From contig CP110439.1 in NCBI GenBank assembly GCA_026914245.1, positions 7,254,001 through 7,318,000 on the forward strand: DNA of 64,000 bases, in the 5' to 3' direction. Positions 13,679 through 25,125 of the stretch are shown piece after piece. The notes under the pieces were generated by a model. It was given only the letters and a program-made list of their open reading frames with translations. It ran no database searches and was not told where the DNA came from. Source of the stretch: Puccinia triticina. Taxonomy: Eukaryota. Position 1 is the first letter of the stretch. Each line of letters starts with the position of its first letter. Both the position numbers and the translations under genes were made by a program.

Positions 13679-15785
13679 TTAATGTGAATAGTATGCATAT
13701 TTACTATGTAGATTATGCATATTTACTATCACATAGTAATGGACAGTGAAAACAACCAAAAGCCAGCAGGAAAAATTACAAAGGCCAGTACTGTAGGATT
13801 GTTTCATGCAATCCAAATTCAAAGAAAGAATCATCTTGAGTGCATGAGATGACACCATATTGGATCCACTCCTGCGTGATTCTGATATCAATTTGGTTTG
13901 TTTTTCAGAGGGGAAGGAGAACTTGTGGATTTCCAACAAAAGATGGCACATGTCCACTTGAAGATTTTTTCCATGCCCAGACCCACCATCTGCAGGAGAA
14001 AGGCCAGGATGCCTATGTCCTTTCTGCAACCCGTTTTCTACTCTTTCTCTCAGGAGAAACAGGCAAAATACTTCTGTTACAACCATGTCCCCAGTCAGGC
14101 GAGTTCAATCTGGCTGCTGAAACACCTAGTTTATATAACCTCTCTGACCAGGAGGATTTCCTTTGGGTCTCAGAGGCTAACATCTGCAATCAGGAGGGGT
14201 TCATCCTGGTTTTCCTGGGTTTACAACCTTTGCTACTGGAAGGGAATACCACCTTCTGGCCAAAGAGGTGGGCAGGTTCTGGCGGCCGTGGTTTAATTAC
14301 TGTACCTGATGAGCTAGACTGGGACTGAGGACAGCTGACACCGTGTGGGGAGCGGAAGAGTCTCGTGGAAGGATGAGATTCATTACACCAGTCATGAAGC
14401 TGAGAGAAAACAAGAGAGAGGAAGAGAAGAAAAAGAAAGAGGATGAGAAAGGAAAGAAAGCTACATACCTGAGGACAGGGGATACGGTGTGGGGAGCGGA
14501 CCAGGTTGTGGAAGGATGAGGAGAATTTCCTTCCACAACCGCTGCCTCAGGTACACTACATACAATCTGTGATATGTGTGTGAAAAGAAAGAGACATTTG
14601 TAAAGCAGAAAAAGAAAACAGAAAACAGAAACCTGAGTCTAACTCAACAGTACCCACCAGATTTTACTTAGAATTCCAGAAACCCACACCAGCACCCGGA
14701 CCCTCTGGCACCTGTTGCATGTGGCTGGTACCCACAACAGGTGCAATTCCACAATCTCTAATCTAGCTGGTTTAAAGGTAGGTGTGCTGTGCAATAATCC
14801 CTTTTTTTAAGGGTGTGGGTGCAGGCATGCTTGTATCAAAACCTTCTTTACTGTGAGACTGTAACATTAAACTAACATTATTTCAGCCTTAAGATTACAA
14901 CAACCATAGGCTGCTAGGATAAACTACGCTATTTTAGCCCTAAATTTTACTGTAGCAGCAAAAAGCACCGGCCTTTTTGAATAGCCTTAGCGCGGCACGC
15001 TGTGCTAATTTTCAGCCAGCTAACAGCGCACCAATTTTTGTTTAGCGTTAGCACTCTGCTACAGCAGCTACACTACGCTACTTTGCGCTAAGGCGCTTCT
15101 AGCGGAAGAAAAGGCTTTTTTGCCGCGAAAAACGCTGTAGCGCAGCTTTGCGCCCTGGGTGCTTAGCGTTAGCGCAATTGCGCCCATCTGCGCTAACGTA
15201 AAAGCTAATATAGCTTTGCTCCCTGTGCGCATAGCCGATGCGCCTGATTGCGCTACTGCTACGCTAAAAAACAGTGTATTTGCGCTGCGCTAGGAAAGCT
15301 ATTTTTAGTGCAATAAGTTATTCAACCATTTATTGTATCTTGTTTTATCCTTTTTACATTATCAGGTATGCAGTGCGCCAGATGACACACCATTTTCCAG
15401 GGCGCGAAAACTGCTTGCACTTGATGCCTAATTTTTGTGTTATCCAAGCAATAAATTAGTGTCACTACAGCATTGAAAAAAAAATGGTTATTATAACCAT
15501 ATGCCAATTAAATAGCTGTTGCTTGTAACCCAACAGGTTATGGTGGATCAAGGTGGATCAAGTTGGTAGTTAAATTACACAAATCACACAGATAAAGCAT
15601 CCATCATAACAATATAACTAAGTTGCCACATTTCTTGGTCTAAGTTTTGGATTCTGGTGTTTTGATAATGGTGCAGGTGTACTGTACAAAAAAGACCAGT
15701 TCTTGGAGAGCCAACTAGTTTTCACTCAAAAAAAGATTGATTTGATTTTTGTTTCTGGAATCCATGATAAAAGAATTAGGTATAG

Positions 15786-17590
15786 CTAAATGTCTTCTTC
15801 AATTTGATCTTCATGGTGTTGGAACTGGTTGAGTTGTGGTTGGTCATTTTCTTCTTCATTTTCATCTTCTGATTCAGGCTCAAAAATTATCGATTGGTAA
15901 CTTGTTAGCTGTTCCAAGATTGATCGAGAACAAATGATGACTGAATTCCAATCTTTGGTCAGATCAAAATCAGGATGCAGTGAATCGATCCACTTCTTAC
16001 TCCAGTTGAGCAGCTTAACACAATGAGTATTCCACGAAATCCATAGTCCACATTGCCTTTTAGCAAGATTATGTACTACAGCCTGTAAGACTTGCTTTGG
16101 AATACGATGATTGGTGTAGACTTCCACCAAATGTTGTTGAAGTGGGCCGAGGGTAGTTTCTTCATTCATCTCTGCAGCAAATTACAGTAAAAAGAAGATG
16201 AACAAGGTGTGAATTGCGTCGAAATCTCACATAATGACCCACCAGTTTCCAATGCCTTGTAGACTGATTCCAAACTTCTTGCCTGTTTGACTGACCATTT
16301 GACTGCCTGTCGGACCTCCCGCGATATTCGGCACAACTCATCAGAACAGTGTATCACATTAAGATAAGCCTGAATCCCGTTTTGAATGTTAGAATCAACA
16401 GCCCAGGGCTCATTTGGATGATCAAGCAAGCCGATACTCCAGAAAGGATTGTCCACCTCAAATGATCTCACTTCTTCAAATGTTGGGGTCGGCAACTGGA
16501 TATCCGGAGAAAATTTGGTATTGTACTCGATCGACCTGTTGTTATAAGACAGCCATTTATTCTTAAAAAGTTTCATTTTGGAATTCATTTGTTTCCTGAA
16601 TCTCTCTTGGACCCTGGCACCTGAAAACAATATGCAAACAATGAGAAAGAGCGATTCAAGATGCAATCATTTCAATTAAATACCTGATCCTCGCTGATCC
16701 CATCTTTTTTGCATCTCAATGATACCAACCTTGGCTTCATAAAGCTTGGACTTGCTAACTTTCAGCTTGATGAGGGACTTGGTTTCTTCATCTATGCACA
16801 CGAAGTCAAGAAAATGAAAATCTGCTTGTTTTCAAGGATACCAACATTTCACTTACCTGAGGCACCAGGCAAGTTCCTGAAATAATCGGAGCCCAAATCT
16901 CCGATGATCTTATCTATTTCTCCTTCTAGGAAAACAAGGGTATCAGGTGCTTGTTCCATCTGCGCCCTCTGAAGCGAGGTTTGATTTCTCCGTCTGGTTT
17001 GCCGAAGTTCAAACATCTCTTGTCTGATTGTAAACAGAAAGACAAATCAATTCTTTGAACATTTTTTGATTGGAAGGAGTTGCATATGATTCTCACTGTG
17101 CTTCACAAAGTTTGTCTTCCAGCAGTACCAGCTCTTCAACTTGTTTCCTCATTTCAAGCTTGGTTTCATTCTGCATGGCAGCAAGTTGCATGTCACGCTG
17201 ACGAGTCCATTGTTCGCTCAAATAGGTAGTGGTGTGACTATATTCTTGTTCCATTTGATACAAGATTCTCTGTGAGTCTTTCATTGATTTTTCCACTGTT
17301 TCACCTCTCTCTAAAAGCAATTGGACTAGAAAAAAAATATTAGACCAAGAAGAAGCAGTTTGGATGACATAAGTGACCCACTAGCAGAAAGCTTTCCATT
17401 ATCATTGTGATGGATGGATTGGAAATCCAACGCTGTAAGTCGATGATTTTTAGTGCAGTATCGTAGCTGACTGATCAGCGGTGACATGTCCGACCAATAC
17501 CGCTCCATCCCCTCACCATCTGACATACCCCAGCCCTCATTCAGTCGCGGATTATACCTGAGCTGGCAAGACCACTCATGTGCATAGGCA
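15786..17590 (-). pseudogene. KDZ transposase, C-terminal half (about 6 exons); 5' half absent
   Basis: AYAHEWSCQLRYNPRLNEGWGMSDGEGMERYWS is the KDZ H..H...C...DGE..ER.WS signature. Followed by a helical region (LYEAKVG; HPNEPWAVD..IQNGIQAYL). Canonical GT-AG introns. Confidence 0.9.
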
Positions 17591-17592
17591 TC

Positions 17593-18110
17593 AAGTTCTC
17601 TTATGCCCCTTTGCAGCTCCATCGATGCAAAGGGGCCTGTTCCCTGCTTTCTGACGACCAGCCAAGTGTTATAGCCTCCCTCCAAGCCCGAGCAGCCCGC
17701 CGACAGATTCGGACTGTTCTCCGACGCCCCGCCGAGTCTTGTGGACTGACTCCAAGCCACAAGCAACCCGCCGACTGGTGGACAAGGTCAGTAGATTGAG
17801 TAAAGTTCTCTTATGCCCCTTGCAGCTCCATTGCTGCAAAGGGGCCTGTTCCCTGCTTTCTGACGACCGGCCAAGTCTTATAGCCTCCCTCCAAGCCCGA
17901 GCACCCCGCCGACACGTTCAGACTGTTCAGACTGTTCTACGACGCCCCACCGAGTCTTGTAGACTGCCTCCAAGCCACAAGCACCCGGCCGACTGGTCCA
18001 CGAGGTCAGTAGATTCAAGAAAGTTCTCTTATGCCCCTTTGCAGCTCCATCGCTGCAAAGGGGCCTGCTCCCTGCTTTCTGACGCTCCACCGAGTCTTGC
18101 AGACAACTAG
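17593..18110. repeat. ~210-218-bp tandem repeat (about 2.4 copies), each with a hairpin
   Basis: Units start at 17593, 17803 and 18021. Each contains a GCCCCTT(T)GCA...TGCAAAGGGGC stem. Confidence 0.9.
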
Positions 18111-18199
18111 TAAGCGTCCAGGGCCCAACAAACCTACCTATTCCCTCTACAATGCCGAACAAAAAAGCCAAGTAAGTTGTTCCCATATTACCTGCATAG

Positions 18200-20198
18200 G
18201 ATTCAGACAGGCCCTCTCCACACCCTCAAGTTGTTGCACAGTAGAATTGGGTTGTCATGCGGAATATGCTGCAACCAATCTATTCTAAAGCCAATGCTTT
18301 CTTGGACCCTGGTGGTTGTGCGGAATATGCTGCCACCATTCCAATTGGGAACAACTGGGTGATTCCAGCTCGATACTGACCTTTCTTGTCTTTATAATTA
18401 CAGGTTGCAGCATCTGCCCACAAAGGCACCAGAAGGGGATGCTAAGGGGTCTTCGTACTCCAACATGTTTGCCATGGAAGAGAGGATGTTCAAGAGGTTG
18501 ATGAAACTTCGAAAAGAAGCTGTAGTAGAGCATGTTTATTATGACCTGCTTGCAGTTTTTTTAATGCAGGAGTTTCCAGGGATTCACATCCAAGAGATCA
18601 TTACCATGATCAAAGAGGCCTTTGAAACTTCACCACCCCAAGTTATGCTGCATAAGCAATACCAGGATGCGGTTTTACAGGTTGAAAAAACAATTCTTAA
18701 ATATAAAACCCATCCACCTTCAGACGATCCAATCCCCAAACCTTTCTGCCTCAGATTTCCAACTCACGCTGATGTTTTGAAGCATGCCATTTCTCTTGAG
18801 GGTCAATGTCGACTTCTTGATACCCAGAAAATGGTGATTCTGTTGGATGAAAGCGGAAGGTGTTGCGGAGTTGGGGTCCCACGACTGGAGGAGAATTTGC
18901 TAAGTGTTCATCCATCAGCAGAGGTTAGTCAAGCAAATATATAGTACTGCAAAGCCTTTTAAATGCATAACTTTGATATCTGGTGTACAGAAACTTGCAA
19001 AGGAAGGTCTTGAACATTTTGTGCAAACTAATAAGCTCAATACCAACTGCCACAAGAGAACCGAACAACCATACGTTCAGAAATCATGGCCCACAACACC
19101 TTACCCACTGAACGAGAGCAACAAAGGAACCAAACGGATTGCGAAGGGGCTTGAAGAAGACGCCAAAGCTGCTTCAGTATTGTTTCAAACTTACGGGTAC
19201 GGGGAAGGTGCTGTGAGTTGAATTTTCACAACAGATAGAAGAATATTTGTTGATCACTTGATTTCACTTTTCAGAAAAACTACAAAGGTGTTTCGGATCT
19301 GAAAATCAAACATTACAATAAAAAATAGTAGTATCTCAACTGCAAGGCATCGATCCGATTTGGAAAGAAGAGAAAACCCCCCCTGCTCTTCCAAATCCGC
19401 TCCAAAAAGACCCCCGCCACGAAGTATTGGACTCTGGTATATTTCTGAAAAACAATATGGCTTACTACGCAATCTTGTCCCTTTGGATCAACAAGGGGTT
19501 CTTATTGCAGGCCAGTGAAGTTGCTGAAAAAGGAGTCAGGTATCTTCAAAAGTGGGGAAGTGAGCATCTCAAGGCTGATTTGTCTAGAGAGTTAAATCCA
19601 ATTGTTGCCTGTGAGTGTTTCCTCCATTGCGAAACCAACCAAAAAAACAATTGAAAAGCTCATGGTGTCAAAATGTTTCAGCCCGAACAATAAGCGTCAA
19701 TTTGCAGGTCCAAACCCACTGCGATTTCAACAACTTGTTTTTATTTGATTCGGTTTTCTTCTTTGGGAATCACAAAGGTGGGGAATTTATCCTTCCCTCG
19801 TTGGGTGTAGCCTATTTTGGGGGCTCTGGCTACTCGTTTCATGGTCCTATGAAGATACTCTGGCATGGCGTTGGAAAGTTTGGGTTTGAAGATCACGAGG
19901 AAAAACCAAGACGATTTTCAGTGGCTTTCTGGAGTCGAGCTTTGTCCTTTGCTGCAATAGCTAGGCATGAAGCCTATCGAACTGGAAATCATGTACGATG
20001 ATGATAAATCATGTGGATGGTTGATCTGAACTGATTGCCAGTGTTTTTCAACTACAGAAACTTAGTGCATCATCTTACTGGCTCCCCATTTATCCGGTCT
20101 ATGATGGCACAAAAGTTGAAAAGATCTGGTCAGATCAAAAGTATCTAGTTCGTCAGGAACACAAAGAAATGAAGCAGAAGAATAAGTTGCCCAATTAG
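18200..20198 (+). pseudogene. TET/JBP-like 2OG-Fe(II) dioxygenase; multi-exon, 5' end unclear, one frameshift
   Basis: Exons ~18403-18923, 18991-19212, 19275-19610, 19682-19992, 20058-20198. SVNLQVQTHCDFNN (HxD), GNHKGGEFILPSLG, LWHGV (distal His), RFSVAFW (2OG-binding Arg). One-base frameshift in the A-run at 19320-19325. Confidence 0.8.
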
Positions 20199-21377
20199 TT
20201 AATCAAATCTTAACCTTGTGCCATGTTTCCTATGTTCCATGTTTCAAATAAAATTGGTAGTTGTTCACTTTTTCACATGAATGCAGTCTTATCCAAGCAG
20301 TTGTTTGACTTTTTCAGGCTTTTTTGGGTTCATATTAGGCAAATTGATTGAAAAACTCAGTCAGAAAACTGCGCAGACAAGCAGCAAAATGCGCCAGCCT
20401 TTTTTGAATAGTGTTAGCAAGCTGGTAGCGCCACTGCACTGGGCTGAATTTAGCACCAATTTTTGTTTAGAATAAGGGCTATGCTACAGCCAATAAAAGG
20501 GCTATGCTACAGCCACTAAGCTACGCTATGATTGTCTAAGGTGCTTTTAGTGAAGAAAAGGCCTTTAGCGCCTGCTACAGCTGCTACGCTGCGCCATGTT
20601 GCTCTAAGGTGCTTTTAGTGAAGAAAAGGCCTTTTTTTGACACAAAAAGCGCTGTAGCGCACTCACATTTTTGCCCTGCATGCTTAGTGTGAGCAAATTT
20701 GCGCTCATCTCCTGCATGCTTAGTGTTAGCAAATTTGCGCTCATCTGCGCTAACGCTACGCAAATTTGCACCCTGTGCGCATTTGCGTAGTATTAATGCG
20801 CGCAATTTTGTGAATGCTACACTAAAAATTAGCACAGCTTAGTGTTAGCTAATTTACGCGCATCTGGTCTAAAGCTACGCACACAGGGTGCAAATTTGCG
20901 TAGCATTAGCACAGATGCACAGGATTGCGCTAATGCTACACTAAAAAATGACGCATTTGTGCTGCGCCTGACCCACTGTTGCCAGCACAGCAGGGGAACG
21001 CTATGCCAGCAGGCCAAACAGTGGTAGTTCACTGCTGAAAGTAGAGGTCCCTAATTCTAAAGCAGTCCAGCTAGTGGGGCAGCTACTTTCTGTGCAGCAA
21101 AGCAGATGCCAAAACCACTGTGCTGCACTTTGTGCAGCACAGTGGTTGCACCCTTGATATATTTGGATCAACTGATGATTGAACTTGGAGAGTTGAAAAC
21201 CCACTGGACCAAAAACCAGTTTGGTCAAACTTTTCACCAAAGAGATGGGATCTTGTTTTCATGAGACCACTAGGGGCAGGTAATAGAAGTCAAACTTTTC
21301 AGGGTAAATTGTTTAAGTTCTACTACAACAAAACAATGTTCAACAATTTGAGAAGTGTTTGAAAAATGGGATATTCA

Positions 21378-23100
21378 TCAGGTGTTTGGAATAGTGACTG
21401 CATGAACAATTTGGAAGGCACCACTATCAATGTCACTTAACCACAATTCTCTAACATCGGTGATCATTGAATCTAAGCCAATTTTCAAATTATCACTAGT
21501 AAGGGTAGATTCTTCAGATTGAACTATTCTTAAATGCGGGAACCTGGCAAGAAGGATGGCCTCCGGATCCGGTTTCTTCGGAAATGTTGCGTTGGGAAGA
21601 TTGACAACTGATCCTGTCATGTGAATTCAAATGTCAATTAGCCTCCAAAAATAAATAAAGGAATAATCAGGCAGGAATAGTGTTCTATTACACACGGAGC
21701 AACATATTCAATTTTTCCCTTAACTTAGTTCGTATTGCATCGGATCGTTTGGCCTGCAATAGTCTTGGCCTTTTTTTTGGAGGTTGAAGTCCTTCGAGAA
21801 TCTCTTGAATGGATCGACCTTGACTATAGGATTCAAATATGTCTTTCGAGGTCCACTTATCTTCTGCAAAACCAAGCCATACAGGATCATTGGAAAGTTC
21901 TTTACAGAAACTACCCCTACCAGGAAATCGGGTAGCTGCCATTAAGTAGTAAGTTAAATTATAAAGATTTGATATCGTATAAAGCTGAACATTGGAAAAA
22001 TAAGTTCAACTTGTGAATGGTTGGTAAAAAAAGATGCGGAATTGGATTGCTTACCTTGGAATTGATTCGAGTAATATGATTCATAGCTTGTTTCTCAACT
22101 GTTGATTGGGCATCAGGGGTGTGTTTTGTTTTGAGCAACAACTGGACCTTTTTGTGGTTGACAAGTTTCTCGTACAGGGGCTGATAAATTGCTTCTTCTT
22201 CAGGGGAGATAAGTTCCTTGATAGTGTTGTCTTCTTCTTCATCATCTTCGTCTTCTCCTTCATAGGGAATGGGTAGTTTGGAAAAGAATCTAAATACTTG
22301 TGAGTCAAAAACCTCCTTTTCTTCTAGAGATAATGATTTCCAAGCAATTCCAAGGTCTCCATTTCGTTTATCCCATCCAAGAGTCGATCCTTTATGGGGG
22401 ACTAAGTATTGACCACTGGTCAATTTAAAAAAGATAACTATTTTCGTAAAACTTACATACCAGGAATAGTTGCACTGGCCATACTGAATGCAACAAACCG
22501 GTTCCAGCCGCATTTTTTCCTAGGAGGGCGATCTTCCCCTCTGACAAATATTCAGGATTTCAGAACAAAAGGGTTTTGAGGAATTGTGAAAAGCAAACCA
22601 TCGACTCACAACCAGGAATTGATTGTTTTGATAGAAACATTATCAACCAAAGCCAACATGAGCTTGATCTTGGTGTAGTTGTTCTTATGGAATCTAAGTG
22701 CTTCTTGAACTTTGTTTGAAATCCGATTGGATTGATTGGTTTGTTTGGCTAGACCATTTAGAAGTTGGTTTTCAGACCACAAAGGCAACTGCGTCTCGTA
22801 ATTGTCCAGCAATAAGGCTCCGAAGTTCAAACTTGGCTGAGGTGAGCTTTGGTGTCGATTTTGCTCATCATGAGTTGAATCTGATTGAGATCAACCACAA
22901 CCTCTGGTATTGAGTCGTCCTCCTCCTCTACCACGAGTAGAACTGGCCCTCCCACCTTGGTTTTGTTGGGGTTGTTGGCCAGCTTGGCCTCTGTTTGATC
23001 GGGTTGAAACCATGATGACTGTTCAAAAAATGAGATTGAATTACAAAATCAGCTAAAGGGAGAAGTCATTTAAGCATAAATCAGCTACCTGAAGTATTAT
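21378..23100 (-). CDS. Multi-exon KDZ-associated gene with HMG-box-like segment (intactness and 5' end uncertain)
   Basis: KKCGWNRFVAFS...RNGDLGIAWKSLSLEEKEVF resembles HMG-box helices. Acidic tract follows. Further exons FPGRGSFCKE.. and FPKKPDP..WLSDIDSGAFQIV. Confidence 0.6.
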
Positions 23101-24019
23101 ATCTCTTGGTTGGTGACTCTGATTCAGATGTTGTTTGGAGCTAGGTTGGTGACTCTGATTCGGATGCTGTTTGGAGCTAGTTCTTGGTAGATTTTCCCGA
23201 GTGGGCTTTCTCAGGCTCAGGTTGCGTGTCAGTATGCAACTTGAGGGGATGTCTCAGGCTATCACCAACCTTTCACAACAGACCATATTTCGGACTGTGA
23301 ATCATGTGGGCAAGTTTTTTTTTGGACTCATACTTGATAAATTATGACTCATCCAACCCAAACTTTTCCTCATTCTCCACTAACATTACCATTTATAATG
23401 CTGTGTCCAAAAATTGCTGAACAATTTGATACAATATTGCAGGTTTTCACATGGTAATTACGTCCCAAGTAGTTTTTTTATGCTGTGGGTGAATTTTACA
23501 AAGTGAATTTTACCAGGTACAATGACCATTATTGTGAAATTTACACAACAGCTAGTAATTTCAAACCTGGTTGCCATTTTTATTGATTTTTACAAGGTAT
23601 ATTTTGCATGGTGTACTGCTTCCTCCAAATTGGCCTTGTAAAATTCAGGTTTTGTCTGCAAATATGCAATTTTGCAAGGTGCATTTTTTACAAGGTGGCA
23701 CTTTGTAAAAAAAACACCAAGTAAAATTCCACATGGAAGACTTCAGGTATATTTTTACAAGGTTGTTTTCATATTGAAAGGTGGGAATCTAGAACAGAAA
23801 TTTTAAAATTACACATACCCCCCAGAATTCTTTACTGCCTTGTACCTTGTAAATAACACTTTGTAAAATTCAATATCCACTTTTTTTATGAAGTTATTTC
23901 AACCCAAAAATTTTACATTGTGTGTTGAGTGTATCAAAAACAGGCTATTTCCAGGGCTAATTGAATTCGCTCTGTTCACCGCTGTGTGAGCTGCAAATGT
24001 GTGACAGGTGCTGCTAGGT

Positions 24020-25010
24020 CAGCTGAGAATTTTTGAAGAGTGGAACTAGTTCAGCTTTTACTTTGGGTGCCCTAGTAGAGCTGGGTGAGCTGAATTTTGT
24101 GTGTTGAGAAGAGCAGAGCTGGGTGAGCTGAAATTTTGGGTGCTGAGGAGAGCTGGGTGAGCTGGATTTTTGGGTGCAGAGGGAGATGTATGAGCTGGAT
24201 TTTGGGTGATGAGGGTAGCTGTATGAGCAGGAATTTAGGTGCCAGTGGAGCTGGGTGGGCTGAATTTTCTGGCTACAAAGGGAGCTGCATGAGCTGGAAT
24301 TCTGTGTGCTGAGGGGTGCTGGGTGAGCTGGATTTTGTGTCCTGAGGGGAGCTGGGTGAGCTGGAATTTTGGGTTCCTGTGGAGCTGGGTGAGCTGGTTT
24401 TTTGGGTACAGGGGGAGCTTCTAATAAGTTCAGCTTTTATTTTTGGGTGCCAGTAGAGCTGGGTGGGCTGAATTTTCTGGATGCACAGGGAGCTGGGTGA
24501 GCTGGATTTAGTGTCTGGAGGGGAGCTGGGTGAGCTGGAATTTTGGGTGCCAGTGGAGCTGGGTGAGCTGGTTTTTGGGTGACAAGGGAAGCTGCATGAG
24601 GAGCAATTTAGGTGCCAGTGGAGCTGGGTGAGCTGGAATTTTGGGTGCCAGTGGAGCTGGGTGAGCTGGAATTTTGGGTGCCAGTGGAGCTGGGTGAGCT
24701 GGAATTTTGGCTGCCAGTGGAGCTGGGTGAGCTGGTTTTGAAGGGAGCTGCATGAGCTGGATTATTGGTGTGGCAGGATCTGGGTGAGCTGGAGCTGGGT
24801 GAGCTGGATTTTGTGTCTGGAGGGGAGCTGGGTGAGCTGGAATTTTGGGTGCCAGTGGAGCTGGGTTAGCTGGAATTTGGGCTGCCAGTGGAGCTGGGTG
24901 AGCTGGTTTTTTGGGTATGAAGGGAGCTGCATGAGCTGGATTATTGGTGTGGCAGGATATGGGTGAGCTGGAATTCTGCTGGCTTGGTGGAGCTGTGTGA
25001 GCTGGAATTT
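24020..25010 (-). repeat. 33-bp minisatellite, right subterminal arm (inverted relative to 10490-12700)
   Basis: Unit GGAGCTGGGTGAGCTGGAATTTTGGGTGCCAGT is the reverse-complement variant of the left-arm unit. Confidence 0.95.
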
Positions 25011-25125
25011 GGACTGAACGTGCCAGAGCTGACCACAGCCAGCTCCAGTGATTCTTCCATTCCAAATGGAGGATGAGATCCTGTTTTCCACCATTTGGAA
25101 TGGAAGAATTTCTTAGCCAAAACTC

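Larger units (their letters stand above)
10366..25125. mobile_element. KDZ (Kyakuja-Dileera-Zisupton) transposon, internally deleted, carrying TET/JBP-like and HMG-like genes
   Basis: 8-bp direct repeat GAAAGACC at 10358-10365 and 25126-25133. About 130 bp of inverted terminal homology (TGGCTAAGAAAT..GTGGAAAACAGGATCTCATCCTCCATTTGGAATGGAAG) followed by inverted 33-bp arrays. Confidence 0.85.

Noticed and set aside
13840..14560. Possible fourth cargo gene in the KDZ element
   Set aside because: Short ORFs in several frames with no recognisable motif or consistent exon structure.
17326..17766. 146-aa ORF as the true KDZ exon
   Set aside because: The N-terminal ~58 residues come from the tandem repeat. 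Only the part below 17590 is transposase.
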